The position numbers and the translations under genes were made by a program. A DNA stretch of 61,650 bases, the filler included, from Basidiobolus ranarum (taxonomy: Eukaryota): assembly GCA_040143965.1 (NCBI GenBank). It is 10 parts of 10 records of this genome, joined end to end, with 100 filler letters (N's around TTAATTAATTAA, not from the genome) between each part and the next. Parts side by side here need not be neighbours in the genome. Positions count along the whole stretch, not along the records: positions 12,372 to 18,453 come from JASJQH010008291.1; positions 18,554 to 24,630 come from JASJQH010008292.1; positions 24,731 to 30,807 come from JASJQH010008293.1; 7 more parts are not named here. One strand, given 5' to 3'. Of this stretch, positions 13,039 to 26,102 are shown one piece after another (positions within the stretch are counted from its first letter, which is position 1; each line of letters starts with the position of its first letter). The notes under the pieces are model-generated. The model was given only the letters and a program-made list of their open reading frames with translations, was not told the DNA's origin and searched no databases.

Positions 13039-15044
13039 TGGATAGAGCTATATAGAATCTTTCTCATGACATAAGACTGGTCTTGCTCTCCTAATACCCA
13101 TTTATGTTTATTTCTATAAACCACGTACATATAATATATTAGGACTCTCTTGACACACTTAATTTCTAAACGGACTAAGGTGTAAATAAACTTTACGAAG
13201 CTTGTTACGCTATAGAACAGGCCTTAAAACCAATTAAAGTTTTGCTGAATTGACTTGGTATTTTAAGACCATCCATGTTTGGTTTGACATTAGCTGTACA
13301 CTCGGTGTTAGATATGCCACTCACAGTTGAAATCTATTTTTTATATGAAATTGAGCATCCAAATGTGTTTATTCTATTAAGATTTGTTGTTCGGTGATTA
13401 TTGGCCGCCTAATTTTCAATAACAAAATTTCGATGCCTTAATGATTTGTGATGCTGGATAAAATGAACAGAGTTTTCTCAGAATACTTTTAGATGCTTCT
13501 GTAGCCTTTAAATTAGAGAATATTTTCAAAAGCTTACCTAGATGAAGCTTCTCCTCACTATCATATAGCAGTAAAATTTTCCTCTCTTTGTAAATCAAAA
13601 GAAACTCAATTATGCTTCTCTTAATTGTAGTACCTCCATAACTGATATGAAAGTCCACACCAAGAAAAAGAAATCAGAGCAATATGGTGTGAAACTATCA
13701 AAAGCCATGCTATGTCTATAGAATGCCACTGATCTGTGTCCCGACTTCTCGAATAATATATAGAAAGCGGAATCGAATTGAAGAGAAAACCCTTTCCACA
13801 GACATAATATGAATATGTATTATAAACTGTCCATCCGGTGGATATAATCAGACTGGAAAGATAAAATATGACTACACAAATTGAATGAAAACAATATAGC
13901 ACCACTCACAGTTAGGTACTTCAAATGACCTAGCGATCTTGATACATTATTTCATGGATATTTCCTTCAGTATTTACTTCATAGCACAACTAAAGATGTA
14001 CATTTGTGAAAATTCTGTGCATTTCCCTTGAGCTATTTGATGTATGCAACGTTAGTTACATATATTGAGCTGATGAAACTAGCTAAAAGGAAGTCTAAAA
14101 ATAAACCACAAGAATCTCGTTGTCGTTTCTGCTGAGAGGTTTCACAGGCTCGGGTATAGAATGTCCCTCATCCGTCTCTTCGTCTAAACGTATTTGGTCC
14201 GGAAGACAGCTCTCCGCTAATCACATGGCTGTATAAGGCTGAAATCCATTGGGGACATTACGTTCCACTTTGCTCGACGTCGGTCCTACAATTATCTAGT
14301 CGGCATCAATTAAAATCAAGAACGAGACCGGATGGAGGAATGAGCATTGCAATACAAGGCAACTAAATCATGGATTTTATTTTCCTCATTAATTCATCTT
14401 CGAGAGTGACATGGGTGATACAGAGACAGAATTAGAGGACAATGATTATATATAGCTTTAGTAAAATTTTCACCAAGTCGGAGAGAACTCTGGCAACCGC
14501 TGATTTATCAGATATAAACAAATTTGAGATGGTTGTTCTGGTGAAGGTATTGCCTTAGTAAATCGGACTATATGCCATATTTCCGGTTGAGTTTGAGCGC
14601 CCTCTCTTTCGACAGCTGATCCAGCTACGTCATTTCTATTTGGTAATCTTTTTGATTCGTTTATGGTGCCCCGTTTCTAAAAATACTTGAAAGGTTTTAA
14701 GGCAAGCAAGTCTATATTGAGACCAAAGTTCACTCTATATCAAATAGCTCATAAAACTTTCCTCATTGATTATATTCAAATCCCTCATGCTATAATGGGA
14801 ATGACTAAACACAGGATTGGCGTCGAGTCTTTCAAAATTTGCATCATTTATTGCCCTTCCTTCTGTATCTCTGTGAGTGGGATGATGGCCATGATAAAAG
14901 TTACCTAAAATAGTTCACCCACAGGTTGTGTCATTGGTACACATGGATGACTCCCCATATGGCGGGTGAATTTCGTATAAAACTCATTCAAGTCAACTCG
15001 TAGCATGAATATTCACTCAATACAGCCCCATCTCTGGCCTTCCT

Positions 15045-15674
15045 ATGCACTTCCTCAACGCTATCATTTTGACCCTTGGCGGTGCTCTTTTGAGCAGTGG
15101 GTGTGAGATGGACTGTAGAAACGGTATCAACAAAGCATTTGCCGATAACTACTCTCCCATTATTGCCAATCATATGGCCGTACTAGTTGAAGATATCAAG
15201 ACTACATTTGCAGTAGAGGTGCAGGATATTCCAGAGCTAGGAGGAGAGATCGAAAGAAGTGTTTCTGAACTTCAAACTACCATATTAAACAGGTTACCAA
15301 AAGCTGTTGACCGTCAAGTTTTCACAAAGTATCGTGGCCCTTGCCCCCAAGATATTGAAGGTTGTCCTAACTATAACTGCTCATCCCTTTGTGGCTCCCC
15401 CGGTTCTGTGATTTACTTTATTGATGATGCCCTTCAACTCGCTAATGCCGGTGTTGTCGGTCAAATTCAGAAAGATACTGAGCCAGGCAGAATATTCCAC
15501 AAATCGATTCGTAGCGCTATAACTAGTAAACTAGGTAATGCCCCTGTAAATGTCGAGTCCAAATTGAAGACCGTTTTACAAGATCTACATGATAGAGCCG
15601 TTGATATGTGTGACGAAGCATGCTATAGCAAGTGGACGTCTCAAATCATTGGGCTTCTCAAAACCTTTGACTAA
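15045..15674 (+). CDS. Secreted cysteine-rich protein of unknown function (209 aa)
   Basis: Intronless ORF with a hydrophobic signal peptide ending near SSG-C. Cys pattern CEMDC...CPQDIEGCPNYNCSSLCGSPGS...CDEAC. TATAAA at about 14976. Confidence 0.85.
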   Translation: MHFLNAIILTLGGALLSSGCEMDCRNGINKAFADNYSPIIANHMAVLVEDIKTTFAVEVQDIPELGGEIERSVSELQTTILNRLPKAVDRQVFTKYRGPCPQDIEGCPNYNCSSLCGSPGSVIYFIDDALQLANAGVVGQIQKDTEPGRIFHKSIRSAITSKLGNAPVNVESKLKTVLQDLHDRAVDMCDEACYSKWTSQIIGLLKTFD

Positions 15675-17142
15675 ACAATCTTATAGTGTGAACTTAATTT
15701 CTGATACTGTGAATGAATCGTTTTAACATGTAGAGTTTTCCATTTAATTCATTTCCACTCTAAGCATCTTTCCAGCCACTCCCTTATCCTATGTTTATTA
15801 GTAATAATCAGTCCCTACTATACATTTTGATACATGGATTAAAAGGCAATTGGTTGTCGAATTCTCATGATGATAATCCTTCATATATGTGAACTCAAGA
15901 ATATTTCCGAGAAGTGCCACTACGGATCTAAGTAGTCTTGATATCATAAAGCATTGAGGTAAGCAATAGGAAGACCAAGGTTATGATATGCACGCAAAAG
16001 AATGTATAACAGTCTGATATCTTTATCTATTGAGTCAAATTCAAGGTGTCCTGTATGAATCTTGCTTAGTTTTTGCACTGCTACGGTTCATGCAATGGAA
16101 TCTAGATACATCTATGTGTTAGGTGGGTGCACGCTACGAAAAGATGGTCTCTATGAGCCAACCCCTAAGAAAACGTGTGGCACCATGCCATAATAGGTTG
16201 GCATTTGTATTTCGCGGTTTTTAAGAGAATATTTGTTCAGCGCCCTAGCACAGGTGACTCATGCTCTATGTATATCGAATTTTGACAAGTAGGCGCCTCA
16301 TACATATTGAAGGCCTGTTAAATTCATTGAGATGAAACACCAATTAATTGTATGAAGAGAGGTGCTTTCGTAGCTGTTTCATCAATTAGTATTCCATTAT
16401 ATCATCATCTCGATTATAGTAACATCCATTGTTTGCTACTATGTATATCTCATATAAGCCGTTGACATTCTGTCAGTCTATTATACTGTAAGATACGAAC
16501 CTCACAGGTACTCAGCCCCGACTTGTTTTACAAAGCAAATGCATTTCGCTACAGAACTTACATGATAGCAACTCCAGTTGGTCAAATCAAAATATGCAAC
16601 CAACAGGTTCAATGACTTGAGTGACCTTATCTTTCGTCTCGTTGAAAATCTATTTCACGAATGTTGAGCGGAGTGGTTTCAACAACCTTGGATAGAGCAT
16701 AGCGTATATTCATAAATACTGCAATCACGTGAGCTATCTTGAAATGAATGTGACAACTATTTGAGGAATTAACAATACTCCACGTTGTATAACAATCCGA
16801 TCATAGTTGTCAGATTATAGCATGTTTTTGCGCTGAAGTGATTCAAACCTGATATTGGCTCTATCTAGGTATCAATCAAAGAGATTCAGAGTTCCTCCCC
16901 CTTAATCTCTCTTGGTTTCAATTGTATAATAGGCTTCTTATACTGTGTTTCAACAAACAACGGCTAGGAGGTCAATACATGCCACATTATTTATTAGCCC
17001 AGCAAATACACTATATATTCCTTCGGCTTATCTGAAAGTGGAAATCACTTCAGTTTCCACGAAATTCTGCTATCCTGCTCTTACTTGTTGCTACCAGCTC
17101 TTACCTAAAACACCTAAGCGAAATATAATATATTAAGATATC

Positions 17143-18099
17143 ATGGATTACCAGAGACGACGCATGCCACTCTCAACATGGCTCGGGCTAAGTGACCTCG
17201 ACCTATCTATTCCTGTGACATCAAATTTCGTTCCTTCATATGTTCTAATCTTCACCAGGACGATTTCTTTGATTTATACGTTAACTGTGGCAATCACTAA
17301 CTTTGTAATTAATATTGACAACGTATGGGAAGGTTTTTTCGTTTATTTCACTGATTTATCTTTTCTGGGACTAGTTGCATATTTTATGGTAAGCACCACC
17401 TGCTCATTGAGTTAGTCATAAGAAATGCCTTCGCCGGACTCTAACGCTATTAACCTTTATGTTAGGTATCGACATATCATTCACTGCGATATTATAATGG
17501 GTCGATTCAATTTCTACATTCATCATGGATAGCCCGCTCCAAATTCCTTCGCTTTGTCTACTGGCTACTTTACGAGACCATTGTAGTATTTCACGTGGTG
17601 GTTCCGATTGTATATTGGACACTTATTTTCACCCCATCAAACCGTAGTACTTTACTGTTGTGGGTCAATGGATCAATCCATGGAAGTGACTTCTTCTTCA
17701 TGATTATCGAAGTAGTCTTGGGCCGATGGACTTTAACATGGAAGCACCTACCATTTGTTCTATTGTTCCCAGTTCTATATATGTGTATGGCCTTTCTGAA
17801 TTATGCCATGTAAGTATTTAATATGATTAATGAGAGGTTTTTGACTTCAATTACTAATATCACCGTTTGAAAGTAATGACTATTTCGTCTACGGATTTCT
17901 CAATTGGTATGCCAGGAAATCAGGATATGTTGCTTTAATTTATTTAGGAGTGGCATTATTCTTTGTAGCAGTATTCGTAGCAATGCTTTATGTGCACAGA
18001 TTACGCGATCGCATCGGTGTGAAAAGAAGACCTGAATTGGCTGAACGTGAAGGGTTAAGTTCAAATCCGTTACAGATGATACAAGTAAACTCTGCTTAA
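17143..18099 (+). CDS. FAR-17a/AIG1-like (rolling-stone-like) multi-pass membrane protein; exons 17143-17388, 17466-17809, 17874-18099
   Basis: GT-AG introns join the exons into one open frame with about six TM segments. Motifs FVYFTDLSF, VVPIVYW, SIHG...IIEVVL, VYGFLNW, HRLRD. Confidence 0.8.
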
Positions 18100-18298
18100 G
18101 ATTGGAGTACTCCATGAAGCCATTAGAAATACGGTTTCTTCATTATTGCTTCTAGCATTGCAATCCCACTCATTATATCATCGTTTTTTATCTCACCGTC
18201 ATTAGACTTTCCTTCATTTATCGTACCAATTTTGATGAGCCAAATTACATCTTCTAAACCTTTTTTCAAATATAAAGATTTTTCTAATATGCTATATC

Positions 18299-18453
18299 TG
18301 TTGAAAATTACATAGCTTAAGCATCTATATAGTCATATAGCTAGCTACCTAAATTTCACTAGGTTATTATGAGATATTTTCATGACGAATTCACGCTGAA
18401 TATTGAGACCAACTTGGAAATTTTACGATGATATGATTTTCTTAAACTTGTCA
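18299..18453 (+). mobile_element. Family A LTR, 5' part, truncated by contig end
   Basis: TGTTGAAAAT start; matches 1505-1650 and 25754-25915. Confidence 0.75.
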
Positions 18454-18859
18454 NNNNNNNNNNNNNNNNNNNNNNNNNNNNNNNNNNNNNNNNNNNNTTA
18501 ATTAATTAANNNNNNNNNNNNNNNNNNNNNNNNNNNNNNNNNNNNNNNNNNNNCGTCCCCGCCGGGGGCGCTCCTCCCCGGGGGGGGGTGGGGGTATAAA
18601 TTTGGCGATTGGGAAGGGTGAGAATTGAAATTCAATTATCTACCAGAGTATTTTCAACTATAAAGATTCCAATATTTTCAGATATGTAGAAGAGAGGAAA
18701 GGAGAGGAGAGGGGGAAGCAAAGAAACTATCGGAATATGAAAACAAAGAGAATAAAGCATATCATTTGAAATGAAATGAATTTACAATTTATGATATGTG
18801 AGGTGCTAAATCATAAACAACCGCAATCACTAGATTGATCAAGGCAGAAGAGAGCGCAC

Positions 18860-20367
18860 TTAAGCATCCATGGAAGGGTTACTTTCATTCTCTGCTCTAC
18901 CTTCACCATCAGATCTACGGGATGTCTCTGTCTCACCGTTATCGGAGTTGTTACTATCGTTAACGGTGGCAGCGGCGACTTGCGCTCTTTTACGGGTGAG
19001 TTTGGCAAAGTCTAGTCATAGAACATAGATTAGTCAAGTGGTCTTGCCATCGATCTATTCAGTTACTTACGTAATCCACACGCGTTACATAGGGTGCGTG
19101 CACCATCAGGGCCTCGTCTCCATTCTGGAGTTTCGGTAGTATTACAAGAATGACATCTCCCAGGAGGAGGCTGGCCAGATCTCTTCTAGGTTGAATGTCG
19201 ATTAAAACTCTGAGTGAACATTGGAATGACGAAGATAAACAATCGACCTACACTTCTTTTTCTATATTTGGGTCGAGAGGGAGCCAGTAGGGTACGTTTG
19301 TTACGAATATATTCCATATCATCATCGTCAAGAGCCTGCTTTGCATGAAATGAAATGTGAATAACTAGGGTGATTGATGGACAAGCATTGATTGTCGTTA
19401 CCTCATTTCGATCTCCCGACTTGACCCCTTCGCTCCTTAGACCCGTCAAAACACGTAATATAGCCTGTGCTTTGGCGGCCATTTCTCTTACGAGACTATC
19501 TGAAGGACAAGGGTATACCTTTTCGGATCGATTTCCATACTCAAATGCAAAATGACTCAACATTCTACAATTCTCTACCACCTTATCCAGGGCCAGGGGG
19601 GATGAGTTTCGGACTTTTTGTTCATTACGTACATCTTCCAATTTAATTTCCATTCCTCTGTCCATCTCTGAAAAGTGCAAATTTCGATGTTGACCAGCAC
19701 CAAGAAACTCTTCTCTTCTAGGGAAAGAAGGGGCCCTCTCGGGAGTCACTGCAGTTGCAAATTCCCGATTTTCAAGGTAATTCATAGATGATGGTGGGTA
19801 ACGTTGAGGGGGTAAGGTAGATTCGATAGGATTCCAATGGGGATGTCCTTCAGGAAGATTTTCCCTAGTTCTTCGGTACACGGGATCATTCCCATTTGGT
19901 CCTAAACGATTCAAATTAGGGGTGTGTTCACGTTCATGAGACACGTAGTCTCTCTGAATGGGCGGTGGATATTTAGCGTAATTAGAGTAATCCCGAGAGG
20001 TATAACTTTCACGTGGGCCGTTAGGGGCACCAGAAAACCCACCTCGATTGTAAGGGTAGTTTCCACGGTAAGTCTCTGATTCCATTGGGGGCTTTTCGTA
20101 GATATGGTTAGGTGGGTTCAGTAATTCTGTGGGTGGTTGTCCATGTGGTGAATTGACGTTGGCGCCACCAGGATAGTATGAGTGTTCGAGATAAGTAGGT
20201 TTGGGACCAGACATTCTGGGAAGTAAATCTGGGGAATGTTCCCTGTTAATTGGGCGTGCATTTATCAGCTCTGAGGGGTGTGGTGGGTATGGGATACGTT
20301 GAGTACGATAAGGATTTCCTTCAGAAATGGGTATTGGTACGCCCTCTGTACCAGAGCGAATTTCCAT
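18860..20367 (-). CDS. nsdD: NsdD/SUB-1-type GATA zinc-finger transcription factor; introns 19336-19401, 19186-19251, 19012-19070
   Basis: Spliced C-terminus [55 protein letters not shown] (CX2CX18CX2C), with a Pro-rich disordered N-terminus. The ATG at 20367 follows a TTTCAG acceptor, so a 5'UTR intron or further upstream exon is possible. Confidence 0.88.
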
Positions 20368-22278
20368 CTGAAAGTAAGTTGCACGGTAGGGTCTAATAGT
20401 AAAGGAGGATATTCAAGGTTTAATGGACTTTTTCTTACTCAACGAAGTGAAGTTAAATCTCACCCTCACTATTGGTCAAATCCCCCACAAATTTGGTGAA
20501 CGATGAAAGTTCCTGCCTAGTATGGATTCTCACTCAAAGTGAGTGAATCGAAGTGGAATTTATGACTGGCTGTATGAATAGGGTATATGTAGAAGCAAAT
20601 TATTAGCCAAAAACGTGCTACGTCCGATAGAAAAGTCATAATGAGCGCATCTGGTACCTTACTCCAGAATTCAGCTTTGTTGGTTGGGAGTAACTGGTGA
20701 ACTAAAGTCGAGTTTAAAAACAAGTGCAAGAAATGGGAAGAAAAGGAGTTCCAATTCAATAGGAAGTAAGCAACCGGGAAAAGAAGGAGGTTACGTTAGA
20801 GGATTCAAAGTCTATATTTGTGTGTAGAGAATGGGATAATATCAGATCAGGGAAAAAAAGTTGCCTTAGGTAATGAGAAATCGGAGATCTCGCTAACAAT
20901 AGAAAACGTAACACCAATTTGGAAGGTAGCGTGAGCGTGAATTCTCTTAATATTCAATAAATTGATTCGATCTTTCTAGATTGGAGAGTGAAGCAAGTAC
21001 ATGCGCTTATTGGCTCACCATTCACATATTTCAGATTCACCTCGGTTGTTTTTCAGATCCATATTGCTTCTGGGCCAATTTTTGTAGGGGGAAGGGGTGA
21101 GGGTTAACACCGATAGTTGATAGCTCAACTTTATTTGTTCACTTCATCCGTAACATATCCCGTAATGTTGAGTGATCTACCAAATGTGTCGGATAAGAAG
21201 AGAACGCGCACGGGAACGGCGCATGACCAGGGTTAGGGCTCAGACTCAATAGCTAATCGTGTACAGCATTTAGTTTAATAAGATCGCGATTAAAATATCT
21301 GATAATGCTCAGGTAATGAAGAGCATCGCTAACTTGCTATAAACAGGTTATTATGTGATGACGAATGGACGGTGCATTATAGAAGCTGCGTTGCCGAAGC
21401 ATAGAGGCTTAGAGTGTTGAGTGAGTTGGGTGAGTTGGGTGAGTTTCAATCGAATTGATAAACACAATCTCTGATAATGGCGCTATACCCCTTATTTGAT
21501 TCCCCCTTATATCACCTGAATCTTGATCGCTGCAGAGATACTATTACACAAATTCCACATGTTTGCCAATGTTTCTGTTTCTGGTGCAATGTGATTAGTC
21601 CATTAATGTAACTGCCATATTACAGAGAGATTGAGAACTTCTAGATTGGGTGTGGATGCGGATGCGGATGTAGATGTAGATGAGTAAGCCAAGACTGCTG
21701 GGATTGTTAAGCTAAAACGTGGATCAGTGAGCCATAAATGCAGCAAGAAACTGATGCGACAGGGCGATAGTCATATATGTTAAACTGAGTGTGACACATG
21801 TCTGTGCAAAGTTCGCCAACTCTGCTGCTGGTGACTTTGTACAGTAGTGGCTAAGACTACAAGTTTTGTTCTACCGAGGTAAATAATGGCCCCTAAAAAC
21901 ATGACATTAATTTGCTCTTGGTTTGAGGTGTTTATTGCTTCTCGACTTTCATTTTAGTCCTTGTTCTCAAAAGCTATATTTAACTATTAAAATGAAAGCA
22001 AATGGAGGTTTTTTTCGTGAGAATAGAGAGCATATGAAATGAAGGGTGAACATAGGAAGGCTTGCATTTTAACAGGTTAAAGACGTGAAACGAGGGTGTA
22101 AACGTGGATCCTTCATACCTATCTACGTTTGGATAGTATCATATGCTTGTGATGAAGCAAAGGGTGGATGTGTATCTTCAAGTTGGGGAAATGATCTCTT
22201 GATCTATCGGCACAGTGGTGCATTGGTGTATATAAAAAATAAGCAAAGAGCTGTATCCAGTTTTCAGTTTCGTCTCAA

Positions 22279-24095
22279 TCAGTTTTTCTTGACGCGGGAA
22301 AAGCTTTTCAACAGGTCAAATGCCTCGACTGGTCCACTCTCAGGATTACTTGTTTGTGTTTCAGGTAGCCGTTCTAGTGCCTGGATAGCCCGGGAAAGCA
22401 CACTTGTTGAAAATTCCTGGGTCAGCCCAGAAAATTGCGATGCGTTGTAAAGGATATGATGCAATCTATCAATCTACACTCATCATTAAGTATCATCAAC
22501 TGCATGTAATGGGAGTTCAATAAACTTGGGACTACCTTGTATTCCATTTGATCAATATCCTCCATGTCAGTGCTTTTGTAGGATGCCTCATCAAGTGAGC
22601 GAAGCAGTGCCCGTTTTTTCTCATCCAAGTAATCATCATGAAGCTCCGGAGATAAGTGGATCTTCTGCGGTGGTACAGTAGGTGGAGGATATCTATCAGC
22701 AACATTGGCATGATATTGATTATGTTTCTTGATGAGATTGATCCATTGTTTGTCTTCCGCTTGCAATCTGATTCGTTGATTTAAGTGAAATGCACAGACT
22801 GACCAGCTCTATTATTCCCCGCTTACCTGGAGATCTGCTCTTCGTATTCTTTCTTCTTCTTGATGTTTTCAAGGTTCTGAGGATGTTCAAGCCTTAGCGT
22901 GGAATGATCTTTGGACTGATCGTTTCCCTATTGAAAATATCAATGACCATTGTTGAAGTGGAAATAATCAAACTCTAGGATTACCTGGCGATGGTACCAT
23001 GATGTGTTCACTTGATTATTGACTAACATCGAGACAATGCTCTCCTGTATTGTCTTAGCTATTGTTGAATGAGATTAGTTGAGTGGGAAGCAAATGCAAG
23101 TAGTACAAGTTTGAGAACCGATTTGAAAAGCTTCGGGATCTCCTCGATTTTTCTGAGAATCCATTGCACGTTGTGCACACCAAGTCAACAGTTGTTTCAT
23201 ACGAATAGGATCTGGTACTTCAGGCGATATGTGACGATATAGCTCCTCCGTACGAATACTTGGATGAGGCAAAGCTAAGAAAATATTCAGTTTGGAAACA
23301 GAAACATAACAAAATCAAATGATCATACCTGTAAACCCACTACCAATGGAAGAAGCTCGTTTCCCCCGACGGGCAAAACTAGAGCGACGTTTCTTCTTAC
23401 GAATGTCTTCGATTTTTTTGCTAGACAAAGGTTCGTCTTTTGGTAACGGTATGAATGCTTCAGAATACCTGGTTCTTTCGTGAATCATTTTCGAAAGCGT
23501 AGGGGGAGCCAACGATTTGTGCTGCCTTTTTTTCTATGTCGAGTAAAAAATCACATAAAAATCTACAATTTCTCAAAACGGTTGACCTTACAGTAATCAT
23601 AGAAATAAGAATACCGAAATCTGTTGAGTGCGAGTAGGCTTCGAAGGGGTTATATATTTTACAAACTCGTCTTCGCTCTCATCGGTCAAGTCAAATGGTT
23701 TATTAGGGATAGGAGATGTGACACCTTGTTTCTTGGAAATACCAAGTGACGACTTGGCTATCGTTTTCTTACGGTTATTTGAACTATTTTTTCGAGTGGT
23801 TGGAGTTCGACGCGTTTTTTTGGTTTCACGTACAAAGATAAAGCCAAGATCATTTTCTTCTTTAGGTTCTATAGAAGAATTATATTGATGAGTCCATTAA
23901 CAAACTTGATCTATATAGAAACGCGTAAAAAAGAGACTTTGAGATACCTTCCAATTCAGGTTTCTATAGAAGAATAAGTAATTGAGGGAAATAAGTTTGC
24001 GGCATCTAGTGAAATAAAGTCAAAAATTTACTTACTTTGTTCGCTTTGGTCGAGCGAGGTAAAGTTTTTCCTGTAGACTTACGTTTGGGTGGCAT
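22279..24095 (-). CDS. DSN1: Kinetochore MIND/Mis12 complex subunit Dsn1/Mis13 (multi-exon)
   Basis: Exon 1 24036-24095 (MPPKRKSTGK...). Conserved KKRRSSFARRGKRASSIG (Aurora-B-type sites), LPHPSIRTEELYRHISPEVPDPIRMKQLLTWCAQRA, HPQNLEN...LQAEDKQW, C-terminal FDLLKSFSR. Short GT-AG introns; not all internal boundaries were resolved. Confidence 0.85.
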
Positions 24096-24755
24096 TTTAA
24101 AGGATAAACAAAGCAAAGGCGAAACCGGAATTATCTAACTATTACTGTTGACTATCAAGGAGATTGAGTAACACGCGCAACTTTAAAGATAAGATAATTT
24201 TATGTTAAAGAAATGATGAAAGTTATGTCTCAATGCAAGTTTTTGGTACCTTAAATGACGAAGTCCCATCAGTTCGATTCTTCGAATCAAAATTCCACTG
24301 AAATTCTAATTAAGGTAATTTATCTCCATTATCCTCGATATTAATAGCAATGTTAATTATGGAAAACTCTAAATACAGATGCAGCTTGAATGCTAATGTT
24401 TATTTGAGTTTCTAATAAATGCTAATGACTACATATCATCTCTACTTCCATTATTTTCCATTCTGCGTGTAGTACTCTAGACCCGTTCAACTAATAAAAT
24501 AAGCATCATAAGATATAAGATTAGTTTAAAATTAAAGAAAAAACAATTATGGAAATCAAGAATTTATCAATTCAAATCAACAAATCTAATTGAAAGTCAA
24601 AATAAACAAAAGATTAGTGAAAATTTACTTNNNNNNNNNNNNNNNNNNNNNNNNNNNNNNNNNNNNNNNNNNNNTTAATTAATTAANNNNNNNNNNNNNN
24701 NNNNNNNNNNNNNNNNNNNNNNNNNNNNNNATTCATGGAAATCTTCCCCATTGAA

Positions 24756-25128
24756 TGTTGGAATATTAGTAATCTCCTTTTGGGAAGAAGACTCTAATTC
24801 ACTTGCAGCTACCATGTTGGAGGATCTTGACATAATGGGGGTAGACTTTGTATATTAGATGCAACTTATGATAGTGTGCTTTAGTTACTTTATTCTTCAG
24901 AATATATGGTTACTAATATAGTAGAAAAGTAAATCACTTGTTTGAGCTATTCAAGAGTTTGTATAATAATATAATATATTAGTGGGGATATTAAACATAC
25001 TTCTTTTATAGATATAGAGATACTCTTATTTTGAATATATGGGCTATAGATATATTGCTTTCTGTTTCTGATATATGTATCAAAATTAAAGTTAACAAAG
25101 ATGTTTAATAAACATTAATTATTCAACA
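24756..25128 (+). mobile_element. Probable LTR (separate family)
   Basis: TGTTGGAATA...TATTCAACA inverted ends, internal AATAAA, followed by AGTTATATGCC (a degenerate GGTTATGAGCC-like PBS). No second copy in the window. Confidence 0.45.
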
Positions 25129-25186
25129 AGTTATATGCCAATATCTTCAAAACTATGGATTTGATCAAATCATAGTAGTTAAGCAG

Positions 25187-25729
25187 ATGTTCAAATATCT
25201 GAAAGGTACTGTGGATCTGTGCTTAAGATACACACTTTCTGCATCAAACTTTGATCTGATGGGATCTTCAGATGCAAATTGGGGAAGAGATATTGAAGAT
25301 ATGAGATCTACAACAGGAAATTTATTGCTTTTCTGCAATGGAGCTATCTATTGGAATTCAAAGAAACAACCTACCATAGCACTTTCAACAATGGAAGCAG
25401 AATACATGGCTGCCTGGGAAGCAACAATAGAAGCAATATGGTTAAGAAAGCTCTTAACAGACTTAGGTTATTCTCAAAATTCACCAACTACAATATTTCA
25501 AGATAATGAAAGTTGTATCAAATTAGCTAAAAATCTCATGTTTGATAATAGAAGCAAATATATAGATATTAGATTTCACTTCATTAGAGAAACTATGAAA
25601 GATAAGCTTATAGACTTAGCTTATTGTTCTACAGAAGATATGATTGCTGATATATTAACCAAACCATTAGCTAGAGAGAAATTTGAGAAGTTTAGACCTT
25701 CCTTAGGATTAGTTTATATGACTATTTAG
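25187..25729 (+). mobile_element. Ty1/copia pol 3' end (RT tail and RNase H)
   Basis: SDANWG...RSTTG...W.SKKQPTIALSTMEAEYMA...FQDNESCI...RSKYIDIRFHF...DMIADILTKPL; followed by polypurine tract AGAGGGAGAG (25744-25753). Confidence 0.95.
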
Positions 25730-25753
25730 TATGACTATTTAGTAGAGGGAGAG

Positions 25754-26102
25754 TGCTGAAGTCAGCATTGCCTAAACATCTATATAGTCATATATAGCTT
25801 AGTACTTGGCTATCTTATATTTCACTAAGATATTACCCATTATTCTCATGAGGGATTTACTCACAATATTGACACCAACTTAGAAATTCTCAGATATATA
25901 GATTTTTTGAACTTGTACTAGAAGCCCTAAACTTTGTACACATGTTCCTGGGACCTTCCTTAACACATTCTACTTGCTAGTTTGCTTACATCTTGACAAA
26001 ACTATTCATGTGAACTTTCTACTCAATAAATCAATAAGTGAAAACCACCAATTCTTCTAGTTCTCCAAACCACTTCCAACAAACTCCCAAAGTACTTCAA
26101 CA
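25754..26102 (+). mobile_element. 3' LTR, family A (349 bp)
   Basis: Directly after the PPT; TGCTGAAGT...ACTTCAACA inverted termini; several homologous copies elsewhere in the window. Confidence 0.9.

Noticed and set aside
13416-13905. Hydrophobic minus-strand ORF fragments, possible membrane-protein gene
   Set aside because: I could not build a consistent spliced model or recognise a family.
18554-18600. GC-rich G-run resembling a G-quadruplex
   Set aside because: It sits at the extreme contig start and looks like low-quality read tail.
21419-21683. Short tandem repeats (GTGAGTTGG x3; GGATGC/AGATGT run), also CCAACGT x3 at 37317-37337
   Set aside because: Ordinary micro/minisatellites with no spacers and no evidence of function; not CRISPR.
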